DNA of 64,000 nucleotides from Eledone cirrhosa (Eukaryota): NCBI GenBank assembly GCA_964016885.1, contig OZ024742.1, positions 371,504,001 to 371,568,000 of the forward strand, read 5' to 3'. Shown piece by piece: positions 12,596 to 24,264 of this stretch (position 1 is its first letter; each line of letters starts with the position of its first letter). The notes under the pieces were generated by a model. It saw only the letters and a program-made list of their open reading frames with translations, ran no database searches and was not told where the DNA came from. The position numbers and the translations under genes were made by a program.

Positions 12596-13129
12596 AAATA
12601 TTTGTGTTATGAGTTCAAAACCCACTGTGACCTCATTGACTTAATCTGTCACCTAGTTTAGTAAGACTACCTCATACCTTTATTCACTGTATTTCAAACA
12701 TTAGGCCAGGTTTAAGGATATCTTTCTCCCACTTGTCTGAAAAGAGTCTTGGTTAATGCTACCCCTTATGATGATTAAGGAATATATATATATCATAAAA
12801 ATGTCAGTGTATGTATGTATATGAATGTAAGTATGTCTGTATGTATATGAATGTAAGTATGTATCATCATCATTTAATGTCTATCTTCCACATGTATGTA
12901 TGTATTATATGAATGTGTGTCCATATCTGTTCTTGTTTATGTCCAATAACTTTTAGCAGTTTGATAAACATAGACTGATAAAATAAGTATGTATGGTCCC
13001 TGAGGAAGTTGGGGTGCCTTATTTTTAGGGTATTTTTAAAACCTGGCAGAGCTTATCTCCTCACCAGGTCTGAATACAGCAGATTTCTTCCAGAGCAGGA
13101 TAGGAAGTGAGAAAAAGATATAGAGGAAA

Positions 13130-13205
13130 AGTCAGCCCTAGTACGAGACTGGTTCATTTTTTTCGACCTCGAAAGGATTAAAGGCAAAGTTGACCTCGGC
13201 AGGAC
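13130..13205 (-). mobile_element. SINE fragment
   Basis: actggttcatttttttcgacctcgaaaggattaaaggcaaagttgacctcggc matches the body of the 3880/12033 SINE. Confidence 0.65.
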
Positions 13206-13389
13206 TTGGACTGTTATATATAATTTTCTCTCTCTCTCTATCTATGTATATGTTATATATACCTGTATATCTGCCTATCTCTCTCTCTATATATATGTAT
13301 ATTGTGTATGTGTATCTGATAACCTCCCTGTGTATCTGTTATATATACCTGTATATCTACCTATCTATATATCTATTCACTATTTCTAG

Positions 13390-13590
13390 GGAGATTCCGG
13401 TGGTCCGTTAGTTTGTGTACGTAATGGATATTACTATCTCGTTGGCATAACATCTTGGGGAGTGAGTGGATGTCGAACTTCCGGCTACCCAAGTGTTTAT
13501 ACACGTGTTGCATTCTACTCTGATTGGATTCACCAAAAATTTACCAACTTCACACACGTAGAAGCCAAAGACGAACCCTTTCAACAGTAG
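13390..13590 (+). CDS. S1 serine protease, terminal exon with catalytic Ser
   Basis: tttctag|GGA. Translates [66 protein letters not shown]; canonical GDSGGP, GITSWG and PxVYTRV. Confidence 0.97.
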   Translation, partial: GDSGGPLVCVRNGYYYLVGITSWGVSGCRTSGYPSVYTRVAFYSDWIHQKFTNFTHVEAKDEPFQQ

Positions 13591-13781
13591 AAATTTACCT
13601 CATTGGAACCAAAGACTACTGGGACTGAGCAAAGACTCTTATTTTATGAAGTGCAGTTTCTTAATGCTATATCGTTGATGTTTTATCACCAGAGTAAAGA
13701 AAAGAAAAAAAAAGGAAAGTGGAATGAAATTGGAAACAAAATGAAAAGCAGAAACATTAATTTCTCTAGATTTCACTTCAT

Positions 13782-14830
13782 TTAACCCTTTCATTACCAT
13801 ATTTCTAATGAAACACACTGCCCATATCATTAACCCTTTCATTACCATATTTCTAATGAAAGACACTGTCTATGTCATTAACCCTTTCATTACTATATTT
13901 CTAATGAAAGACACTGTCTATGTCATTAACACTTCCAGTACCATATTTCTAATGAAAGACATTGTCTATGTCATTAACACTTCCAGTACCATATTTCTAA
14001 CGAAAGACCCTGTTTATGTCATTAACACTTCCAGTACCATATTTCTAATGAAAGACACTGTCTATGTCATTAACACTTCCAGTACCATATTTCTAATGAA
14101 AGACATTGTCTATGTCATTAACACTTCCAGTACCATATTTCTAACGAAAGACCCTGTTTATGTCATTAACACTTTCATTACCATATTTCTAATGAAACAC
14201 ACTGCCCATATCATTAACCCTTTCATTACCATATTTCTAATGAAAGACACTGTCTATGTCATTAACCCTTTCATTACCATATTTCTAATGAAAGACACTG
14301 TCTATGTCATTAACACTTCCAGTACCATATTTCTAATGAAAGACATTGTCTATGTCATTAACACTTCCAGTACCATATTTCTAACGAAAGACCCTGTTTA
14401 TGTCATTAACACTTCCAGTACCATATTTCTAATGAAAGACACTGTCTATGTCATTAACACTTCCAGTACCATATTTCTAATGAAACACACTGTCTATGTC
14501 ATTAACACTTCCAGTACCATATTTCTAATGAAACACACTGTCTATGTCATTAACACTTCCAGTACCATATTTCTAATGAAACACACTGTCTATGTCATTA
14601 ACACTTCCAGTACCATATTTCTAATGAAAGACACTGTCTATGTCATTAACACTTCCATTACCATATTTCTAATGAAAGACACTGTCTATGTCATTAACAC
14701 TTCCATTACCATATTTCTAATGAAACACACTGTCTATGTCATTGACACTTTCATTACCATATTTCTAATGAAACACACTGTCTATGTCATTGACACTTCC
14801 AGTACCATATTTCTAATGAAAGACACTACC
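13782..14830 (+). repeat. 48-bp tandem repeat, about 22 copies
   Basis: Unit attaacacttccagtaccatatttctaatgaaagacactgtctatgtc with variants; starts at TTAA-CCCTTT. Confidence 0.95.
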
Positions 14831-15004
14831 TATGATTTTCAAGTGGAAGATGGATGCTAAACGAAGATGATGATGATAGTCATCAATTTGAAGGGAATTA
14901 GTAAAATAATTCACTTTCTCATTATTAAGTTGGTGTTTGGAACATAGTTTAACAAAACTTCTTGCCTGAAATTATGATGGAAGTTTTTTTGGATAAATAT
15001 ATTC

Positions 15005-15350
15005 TTCTTCACCCACTTATTCCTGAGAGGGTTGTGGAGGCAGAGTTCTGAAACACTCCCTCCAGTGGGTCCTGTCAGAAGCAACTGTTTCCAACTGATC
15101 CAGCTGGATCCCCGAGTGAGACTAGCTGAGCTCATGGATGCTATCTGACCATCTTGTTTAGAGTCTACCCCTGGATCTCTTGCCAGTTGGTTTTGCCTGT
15201 AAAGTTCAGCAATTCTTTCCCAAGACATTCTAACCACATGCCCATAGTATCTCTCAATTCAGAGAACTGGTGGCTCTACCTGGAGTGACTTTCTATCTCC
15301 GAGCTACACACTTTATCGAATAACGTTACTCCATAGACCGTTTGGAGAAA
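15005..15350 (-). mobile_element. Decayed RTE-like LINE 3' fragment
   Basis: Aligns by eye with 12243-12595 (ttattcctgagagggttgt...gtgggtcctgtcagaagcaactg...ttcagcaattctttcc..agacattctaacca). Confidence 0.75.
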
Positions 15351-15914
15351 CAGCTGCTTATATTTGTGATTCTTTCTGTCATTACCCAAAATATTGATAA
15401 ATATCAACAATTTAAACCTGAAATGATATAAACTGAAAATATAAAAATTATGATATTCCTGTGATAATGTTTGAGATGGTTAGTGCTGTTGTACAGTATG
15501 TAAATCAGCAGTAACCCCCTAAAGATAGTGTTATTTTCCTATTTACGTGATTATATTTCTAAACGACCATACTTTCTCATGTATAATATGATAGATTTTA
15601 AACTAAAATTATATTATACACAAGTACACATTTTGAGAAATTTTTCTGAGCTTAAAAATCCTCATTTCAAACACCAACATTGCAAATATTTGTTAATTCC
15701 AACACAGGAGATACCAAAAAATTGTTTACAAATGGTATTTGATATACCAGCAATATTTATTATTGAGAATGCTAAATATTTAGTTGTTTTACTATCTTTA
15801 GTGTCATGGAAAACTGAATATTATAATGAAATATATGTGAGATGGAGATTTTGATGGAAGACATGGTACAAGTTTACAAAATATATTCATGTATATATGG
15901 CTATATTCTGAGGT

Positions 15915-16222
15915 TTACACAGGGTTTAAGAGGAATCTGAGATGGTGTGCAGGAGAGAAGACTGCGTTGGTATGGACATGTGAGGCACATGGACAATAAC
16001 CAGTGGGTGAAGAAATGCCAGAAAATCCCAGTGAAAGGAAGCTGCAGTAGAGGACGACTAAGAAAGACCTGGGAAAAGGTTGTGAGAGTGGACCTCAAAT
16101 TGTTAAGACTGGAAGAGGAGATGATGAAGGAATGCATCTAGTGGAGAGATGCCGTGCTGAGAACGATATGTCCAACCAATGCAAACATGGAAAAGCAGAT
16201 GTAGAAACGATGATGATGATGA
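15915..16222 (+). mobile_element. Old RTE 3' end with (GAT)n tail
   Basis: VQERRLRWYGHVRHM...RGRLRKTWEKVV followed by ccaatgcaaacatggaaaagcagatgtagaaacgatgatgatgatg. Confidence 0.85.
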
Positions 16223-16444
16223 ATGTATTCCTGGTTCCTAGCTCCAGAAACAGAGTAGGGAGGTGTATTATACACACAGAAATACAATATGTTGTTTTTT
16301 AAAAGGACAGTTGGAAATATTGTTAAATCACAAACATTTAAAGTTTTCATTATTTGTGTGTGTTTTTTTTTTGTTATTCACAATTGTATAAATAACATTA
16401 CAAGTTGGTTATAATTCTTAAAGAATGAAAATATAAACACAACT

Positions 16445-16830
16445 AAAGTCAGAAAACAGTACAGTTCCCATGACTTTCGGAAACATTTTTTCACGCTCAG
16501 AGTTGCTGAAGTATGGAACAAACTACCTGCATCAGTTGTTAGCTGTCGAGACACTGCATCCTTTAAGGCCTCCATGGAACAAACTACCTGCATCGGTTGT
16601 TAGCTGTCGAGACACTGCATCCTTTAAGGCCTCGATGCTTCCCGAGATTCGCCAACACTACACCTAATGTTCCCCCTCCATACACATACACACATGTATA
16701 TCATGACTCATACACTATTCACTTCCCTGACATTTGTATATTATTCTATGTACTATACATGCACCTTTGATGAGTTGTAGTGCACCTGAGCACTTTACAC
16801 AATAATTTCATTATATTATATTATATTATA
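16445..16830 (+). mobile_element. 5'-truncated CR1-type LINE 3' end with an internal duplication of about 62 bp
   Basis: Matches 23905-24225 (HDFRKHFFTLRVAEVWNKLP; gagttgtagtgcacctgagcact; ttat-rich tail); the tggaacaaactacctgcatc...cctttaaggcctc segment is present twice. Confidence 0.9.
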
Positions 16831-17079
16831 ATAAATACAATTAATTATTGCTAGTAACCTCACAAATATAATGTACAAAATATAGGATCAGTGTGATAGA
16901 AAAGGAAAAGGAAAGAAAAAACAAACAAACAAAAACAACCATCAATTCAACACCAAGTGTGATAATTGGCCACACATCACAAGGGTCAACAAGGTGTACT
17001 CAATGCATGGAGTAGAGTTTAACAGGTTTGAACAAATATGACATGTTCTCTCCCGAATGTACAGTTTATATATATATTT

Positions 17080-19237
17080 ATGATGATGGCATACTTGCCA
17101 TTACCGACACTGATAAGAAGGTAGCTTGGAAGTGTCACTATGAAAGGCTACTAAATGAGGAGAATAAATGGGAGAAAGACAGTCTCCCCCATATCGACCC
17201 GATAGAGGGACCAGCAGTGTTAGTCGAGGGGAGTATAATAAGTAAGGCAATCAAGGATATGAAGACTGGTAAGGCGGCTGGGCCTTCGGAAATAGTTGCT
17301 GAGATGCTGAAGGCATCTGGCACGGTGGGACACACCATGGTCACCCGCATAGTTAACCAAGTCGTACAGAATGGGGTTGTTCCGAAGGACTGGCATAGCA
17401 GCATCATCGTTAACTGTTATAAGGGTAAAGGAGACGCCCTAGATAGGAGTAACTATAGAGGCATTAAATTAATCGACCAGGTCATGAAGGTCACGGAAAA
17501 AGTAATAGCGCAACTAATCAGAGAGAGAATTGATCTAGATGAAATGCAGTTCGGGTTTGTGTCAGGCAAAAGCACCACAGACGCTCTTTTCATAGTACGA
17601 CAACTACAGGAGAAGTACCTAGCTAAAGGTAAACCCCTCTACTTAGCTTTTGTCGACCTGGAGAAAGCCTTCGACAGAGTCCCCCGCTCCATTATCTGGT
17701 GGGCTCTTAGAAAACTAGGCGTTGACGAATGGCTTGTGAGGGCTATACAAGCCATGTATAAAGAAACAGTCAGCAAGGTTAGAATTAACAACGAATATAG
17801 TGAAGAGTTTAGCGTAAAAGTTGGCGTCCATCAGGGCTCTGTTCTCAGCCCCCTACTATTTATTATTGCCCTTCAGGCTATAACAGAGGAGTTCAAGACA
17901 GGCTGCCCATGGGAACTCCTATACGCAGACGACCTGACACTCATAGCGGAATCAATGGCCGAGCTAGAGAAGAAATTCCAAACATGGAAGCACGGCCTAG
18001 AGTCAAAAGGACTTAAAATTAACCTGGCTAAGACCAAAGTACTAGTTTGTAGGAAAGAAAACAAGGCGGCGGTCCCTTCTGGGAAATGGTCGTGCTCGGT
18101 ATGTAGGAAAGGCGTAGGTAGAAACTCCATCTTATGTCCTAAATGCAAAGTATGGGTGCATAAAAGATGTAGTGGGATCGCAGGTAAGCTAACTAAGAAC
18201 ATAGACTTTACATGTGGCCGGTGTTCTGGTGCAATAAGTAGCAGCAAGTGGCCACAAAATACTAGCTCTTTCAATTGCGCAGAGGGTTCTATAGAAATAG
18301 TGGACAGCTTCCGTTACCTGGGCGATAAAATCAGCAGTGGGGGAGGGTGCTCTGAAAGTACTGTAGCTAGAGTCAGAACTGGTTGGAAAAAGTTCAGAGA
18401 GCTTATACCACTATTAGCTGCTAAAGGGTTCTCCCTAAAAATGAAAGGCAGGTTGTACGATGCCTGCATACGAACAGCAATGTTGCATGGTAGTGAGACC
18501 TGGGCATTGTGTGCAGAGGATATACGCAGACTAGAGAGGAACGAAGCTTGCATGCTCCGCTGGATGTGTAACAGTAATATACGTGAACGGCAAAGCATAA
18601 ACGAACTAAGGAAAAAATTAGAGATAAGAGGGATCAGATGTTGTTTACTCGAGAGAAGGCTGCGTTGGTATGGACACGTGATGCGCATGAATGTCGATAG
18701 CTGTATTACAAAGTGCAGGGCAATAAAGATAGACGGTAGCCACGGAATAGGCAGACCTAGAAAAACATGGGATGAGCTGATAAACTCCGACCTCACACAC
18801 TTACACCTCTCCAAGACAATGTCACTGGACCGTGACCTTTGGCGGTACTCAGTAACAGAGAAGACCCGCCTTGCCAGTAGGCATCTCTAACAAAGTACAC
18901 CACCCCCACCCCATCCACACCACCCCGTTCTATGTAAAGTTATGTTGGTGCCGCGCCATCCAGGCCGAAACAAATGAGATCGTGTAGGTGTCACGACAAA
19001 AAAAACACACAGTCCACGCTGTAATGTGGCCATGTAGGCAACACGGTAAAAACCTCCCAGACCCACACTGTAAATGTGGTTGGTGTTAGGAAGGGCATCC
19101 AACTGTAGAAAACCTGCCAGACAGTCCTATGCGAGCAAGACAATCACTCTTGCCTCAAGTGGGACTACCCCCGTCCAAACCCATGCAAGCGTGGAACACG
19201 GACGTTAAACGTTGATGATGATGATGATGATGATGAT
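17080..19237 (+). mobile_element. RTE LINE family B, 5'-truncated (RT, PHD-type finger, 3'UTR, (GAT)n tail)
   Basis: ORF 17028..18890 has NYRGIKL, QFGF, FVDLEKAFDRV, GVHQGSVLSP and YADD; near-identical to 56875-60422; ORF N-terminus is flanking DNA. Confidence 0.95.
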
Positions 19238-19554
19238 ATCTTCTGTTGTATATTACTCATACAAACTGATTATATACTTACTCTCAGGTCTCAAATAATG
19301 AGGGGGGGGGGGTGTATCAGTAATTTTTCTACGTTGTCTCCGTTGATTTTTTTTTTAAAACCGGAATTAGTTGTTTAGTTTACACATTGAGACCCCAACC
19401 CATCCTATTTATTCTATAACATATGGGATTTTTAGTAATGTACTTTTTTTGTCATGTATAATGTTTTTTAATTGTCGCAGGAATGCTACCATGACTGGTC
19501 ACTTTTTATCATGTCACCACTTTAGAGTGTCAGTGAAATAAACTGTTTTAATCC

Positions 19555-20420
19555 AGGGAAGGCTCTATAGAAGTGGTTGATAGCTTCTGTTACCTATGTG
19601 TCTTAATTAGCAGTGGATGAAGTAGCTAGAATATGAACAGAATGGAAAAAATTCAGAGAGCTACTGCTAATGTTAATTGTCAAGGTTTGCTCTCTTTTGG
19701 ACCCGCTTTGGGATCTTGGGGTATGCAATTTTGTTGACAAAGGAATTTTCTCTCTAAATGAAGGGTAGATTGTATGATGCCTGTGTGAGAAGTGTGATGT
19801 TGCATTATAGTGTAACAAGGGAAGTGAAGATATACATAGACTGCAAGAGAAACAAATCATGCATGCTCCATTGGATGTGTAATATCATGCATGCTCCATT
19901 GGATGTGTAATATCATGCATGCTCCATTGGATGTGTAATATTATCATGCATGCTCCATTGGATGTGTAATATCATGCATGCTCCATTGGATGTGTAATAT
20001 CATGCATGCTCCATTGGATGTGTAATATCATGCATGCTCCATTGGATGTGTAATATTATCATGCATGCTCCATTGGATGTGTAATATTATCATGCATGCT
20101 CCATTGGATGTGTAATATCATGCATGCTCCATTGGATGTGTAATATTATCATGCATGGATGAGCTGAGAGAAAAACTGGATATAAAAGTAATCAGATGTA
20201 ACATGCTGGGAAGAAGATGTGTTGGTATGGACATGTAATGTGTATGGATGATGGTTGTTGGGTGAAGAAGTACCAGAAGTTTCAAGTGGAAGAAGAAAAC
20301 TAAGAAAGATGTGGGCAGCGGTGGTGAATGCTGACCTCAAGAAACTACACCTCATAAAGGAGATGGCAAAAGAAACAAGGTGAGGGAAATGCAGTACTGA
20401 AGCAGACACTAACCCATGAT
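19555..20420 (+). mobile_element. Heavily decayed RTE fragment interrupted by a 28-bp tandem repeat
   Basis: atagaagtggttgatagcttctgttaccta (IEVVDSFCYL), tggaaaaaattcagagagctactg (WKKFRELL), ttgtatgatgcctgtgtgagaagtgtgatgttgcat, tggtatggacatgta (WYGHV). Confidence 0.85.
19856..20156 (+). repeat. 28/31-bp tandem repeat, about 10 copies
   Basis: Unit atcatgcatgctccattggatgtgtaat(att). Confidence 0.95.
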
Positions 20421-21894
20421 GTTGATACAGTCCTAACTACAGTTTAGTTTCCTTCCCACAACTTTGTTTTCTCATAATTTTATCAATAATGGACATTTTA
20501 AATGAAATTTTGCAGTGATAAATTTTCTATGGTGTAAATTACAATTTTGTTGATAAAATAAATTAAAAAAATATTCTCATTCTATTCTATGACATTATCC
20601 TGATTGATATTATTGATTATCAATATGAAATTGGAAGGCATGATTAAGCTTGCCATAATTTTCAGTGGTGAAACTGGGATTATTAATGGGTGTTGAAACC
20701 AGGATAAAAAGAGATATCAAGCAAGACCTGAAGGGTCACATCATGTGTGTTGGGTATTAAAGGTTTGTGAGTCTCCTCTGTCCACTAACCTGAGGGTCTG
20801 GGGATATTTTTAATCCAAATATATTAACATAAGATATATAAGAGAGATAACAGCTGGTCTGAGTGTGCTCTACCCACAATAACTGGCAATGAAAAAACTG
20901 CAACAGCTCTGGGAAACTAAACCAGAACAACCTGCCATCTTCTACACACCATCATAAACTGCCAGCAGGGTACAAATTGTTGTCCTTAAATGCTTGCAGT
21001 TTATGCAACAAGATACATCTGTTTAACTCCTACGTCAGAAGCATCGACCCTGACTTCATCAGTCACAGAAACATGGGTACATTCCTTACTCTGTTATGGG
21101 GTTTTCAGCATTACTGAGTACAACCTTTTCCGCAAGGACCGCATTAATCGCGGTGGTGGTGGTGTGATGGTCTACGTTCGTTCAAACTTTTCGGTAATTC
21201 CTTGCGTTGATTTGAACGAATCACAAGATTTTTTTTTGTGACATATGTATGACCATGTCAACACTTCTGCTTGGTGTTGTTTATCGCACCCCCAAACTAC
21301 CATCAGGACACACAGCTTTGCGATATCCTCAGAGCTGCTGCCAGGAAAATAGCCACTTATGTGTTTATTGCAGGTGACTTCAATCATCCTGAGATCGATT
21401 GGGAAACCTTTTGTTGGTCACAAAGTGCAAACGATTTCCTTGAGCTAGTGCTGGACTCAAACTGGTCACAAGTAGTCACCTCTCCAACAAGAGGTGACAA
21501 CACTTTGGACCTGATCTTCACCACTACTCCTGAAGTGGTTATCAGTTGTATTACTGAGGAACCTCTAGGCGACTCTGATCATGCTATGATCATTGCCAAT
21601 CTGGCACTTGAGGCCAGCAACAAAAACCAGAACCATCTCCAATCTGCTTGCTTTGATTGGAAGAAAGCAGATTGGAACTTGTACTGCACTGAGCTACAGC
21701 GCCCAAACTGGCATGAGTTCTATAACTCTGGAGATGTGAACACTATACTCCAGAGCATCCTGGACTCAATATGGATAGCGTGTGCAACATCGGTGCCACA
21801 TAAGCAGAAAAAAACCCACCCCAAAAGTGCAATTTGGGAAACTTCAGCGGTCCGACTTGCCAGGAAAGAACGTCGGAACGCTGAACGGGAATAT

Positions 21895-22040
21895 CATTTT
21901 CATCATCATTTCATTTTACGTCCGCTTTTTCCCTGCTTGCAAGGGTGGGACGGGAACTGATTCTGGCTTGATTTCTACAGCTGGATGCCCTTCCTAACAC
22001 CAACCTCATTTACAGTCAGTGCTGGGTGCTTTTTTGCAGT
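21895..22040 (-). mobile_element. Short RTE 3'UTR-derived insert nested in the CR1
   Basis: catcat...ttttacgtccgc and ggaactgattctggcttgatttctacagctggatgcccttcctaacaccaacctcatttacagt match the family A 3'UTR. Confidence 0.85.
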
Positions 22041-22064
22041 GGAATGATAGGGACCCCAGTCCCT

Positions 22065-22212
22065 ATCATCTCATTTCTACAGCTGAGTAAACTGGAGCAA
22101 TCTGAAATAAAGTGTCTTGCTCAAGGAAACAACACATCAGCCGGTCTGAGAATTGAACTCCCAACCTTTCGATTGCAAGGCCAATGCTCTAACCACTAAG
22201 TCATGTGCCTCC
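22065..22212 (-). mobile_element. tRNA-derived SINE nested in the CR1
   Basis: agctgagtaaactggagcaa...aaagtgtcttgctcaagga...gagaattgaactc...ctctaaccactaagtcatgtgcctcc; same family as 2742-2870. Confidence 0.8.
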
Positions 22213-24264
22213 ATTAGGCCATGTGCCTCCAATATAAACTGCATAAATCAGATGCCAACAGAAAAAAGCGGAATAAATCTTCCAACCATCTCAAGAAAGT
22301 GACAAAAAAGGCAGTGCTTGAATTTGAACAGTGCATAGCAACCAATCCTGACAGTAAGGTGTTCTGGAAATATGTTCATTCAAAGCAGAAACCTCACTCT
22401 CCAGTTGGTCCTCTTCGCAATCCCCACACAAGCCAGATCACTGACGATCCCAAAGAATGCGCAGAACTCATTGCTGAGTGCTATGCAAGCATTTTTACTG
22501 TTGAAAACCAGAATGTACCATCTCCACCATCTCTAACATCAAATTCCATAAGAACTATGGAATTTACACCTGCAATGCTGCAACGTCACCTTAAGAATAA
22601 GCACAACTATGCCTCCCCTGGTCTTGATGGTGTTACATACCTGCTTCTCAAACATGGCGGGTACTTCCTTTTGCACCAGCTTTCTTTCTTCTTTCAATAC
22701 TGTCTCAACAATGGTGCTACTCCGGAGCAGTGGAAAACTGCCAGTGTCATTCCCCTGTTCAAAAAGGGCAACCGCACGTCACCTATCAACTATCGTCCAG
22801 TCAGTCTTACTAGCTGTATTGCCAAACTGATGGAATCCTGTGTCAGAGAAACACTTTGGAACTTCTGGAGCTCTCACAGCCTCATCCGGCCCTCGCAGTT
22901 TGGATTTATCCCTAACTCCAGCTGCTGTGATCAGCTTATCGAGTTCCTTGAAGACATTACCCGGATCACTGACAGCGGCTCATGGGTGGATGTTGTTTAC
23001 CTTGACTTCGCTAAGGCTTTTAATTCTGTGCCACACAAAAGGCTTATGGCAAAACTCTCTGCAATGGGTGTGAAGGATGATCTTTTTAACTGGTTGAAAT
23101 CCTTCATTCTCAGCCGAAAAGAGGTAGTCACGGTTCTAGGACAGCATTCTTCACCATATGAGATGTCATCTGGTGTACCACAAGGATCTGTTCTTGGTCC
23201 CCTTTTGTTTGTGGCATATATTAATGACATAGATGCCAACTTAAAGAATGCCACGGTACTGAAATATGCAGATGACATCAAGCTGTACCTTGAAATCAAA
23301 AGGACAGATCCTGAAACCTACAATCAGACCTGGACACAATGCAACAATGGATCACAGACTGGCAACTGAAGCTGGCTGTGGACAAGTGTACCACCATGCA
23401 TTTTCGGAGGAAAAATCCAGCGTCCACATACTCCCCCCACAACACTGATATCAAGAAGTCCTCTTGTGAACGTGACCTGGGCATTACTGTCAGCAGCGAT
23501 TTGTGTTGGACAAAGCATGTCTCTAAGATTGTCAAGAAGGCCGAGGGTGTCTTGGCATCACTCAGCAAGACCTTTGTTAGCCGCTCTCCAGCCATCTATT
23601 TAAAGCTGTATATAGCTATGGTACGACCACACTTGGAATTTGCATCATCAGTCTGGAACCCCTGTCTTGCTCAGAACATTGACCTCCTGGAAACTCTTCA
23701 GAGACATGCAACCAAGCACATACCCTCCATCAGACACCTACCATACTCTGAATGCCTTGCTTCCCTGGGCATGGATTCATTGAAGCTCCGACGTCTGGAA
23801 ATGGACTTGGTAAACACCCACAAAGTTTATTAACCATCTCGCCAACAACAACCCTGAGCACCTTTTTGATCTCCCTGTGTCTAACACACGTGGACATGCC
23901 TACAAAATCAGAAAACAGCACAGCTCCCATGACTTTCGGAAACATTTTTTCACGCTCAGAGTTGCTGAAGCATGGAACAAACTGCTTGCATCAGTTGTTA
24001 GCTGCCAAGACACTGCATCCTTTAAAACCCTCCCGAAATTTGCCAAAACTACACCTGATGTACCCCTTCCATGCACATGCACACATGTGTATATCATGAC
24101 TCATGCACTGTTTATTTTCCTGACGTTTGTACATTACCCTATGTACTATACATACACTTTTTGATGAGTTGTAGTGCACCTGAGCACTGTACACAATATT
24201 TCATTATTATTATTATTATTATTATAATTGCACGTTTTCTTCTGATATAAAGAAAGTTCATAGC

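Larger units (their letters stand above)
20960..24225 (+). mobile_element. CR1-type LINE ORF2 pseudogene (AP endonuclease plus RT) with (ATT)n tail
   Basis: VTETW, YNLFRKDR..RGGGGV, AGDFNHP, PTRGDNTLDLI, SDH (APE); NYRPVSLTS, YLDFAKAF, GVPQGSVLGP, YADD (RT); TRGH...F..RV...WN.L end. Several frameshifts; interrupted at 21895-22215. Confidence 0.93.

Noticed and set aside
13808-14860. 350-aa ORF of 16-residue repeats
   Set aside because: A 48-bp unit without a stop in one frame gives an open frame automatically; no domain or splice support.
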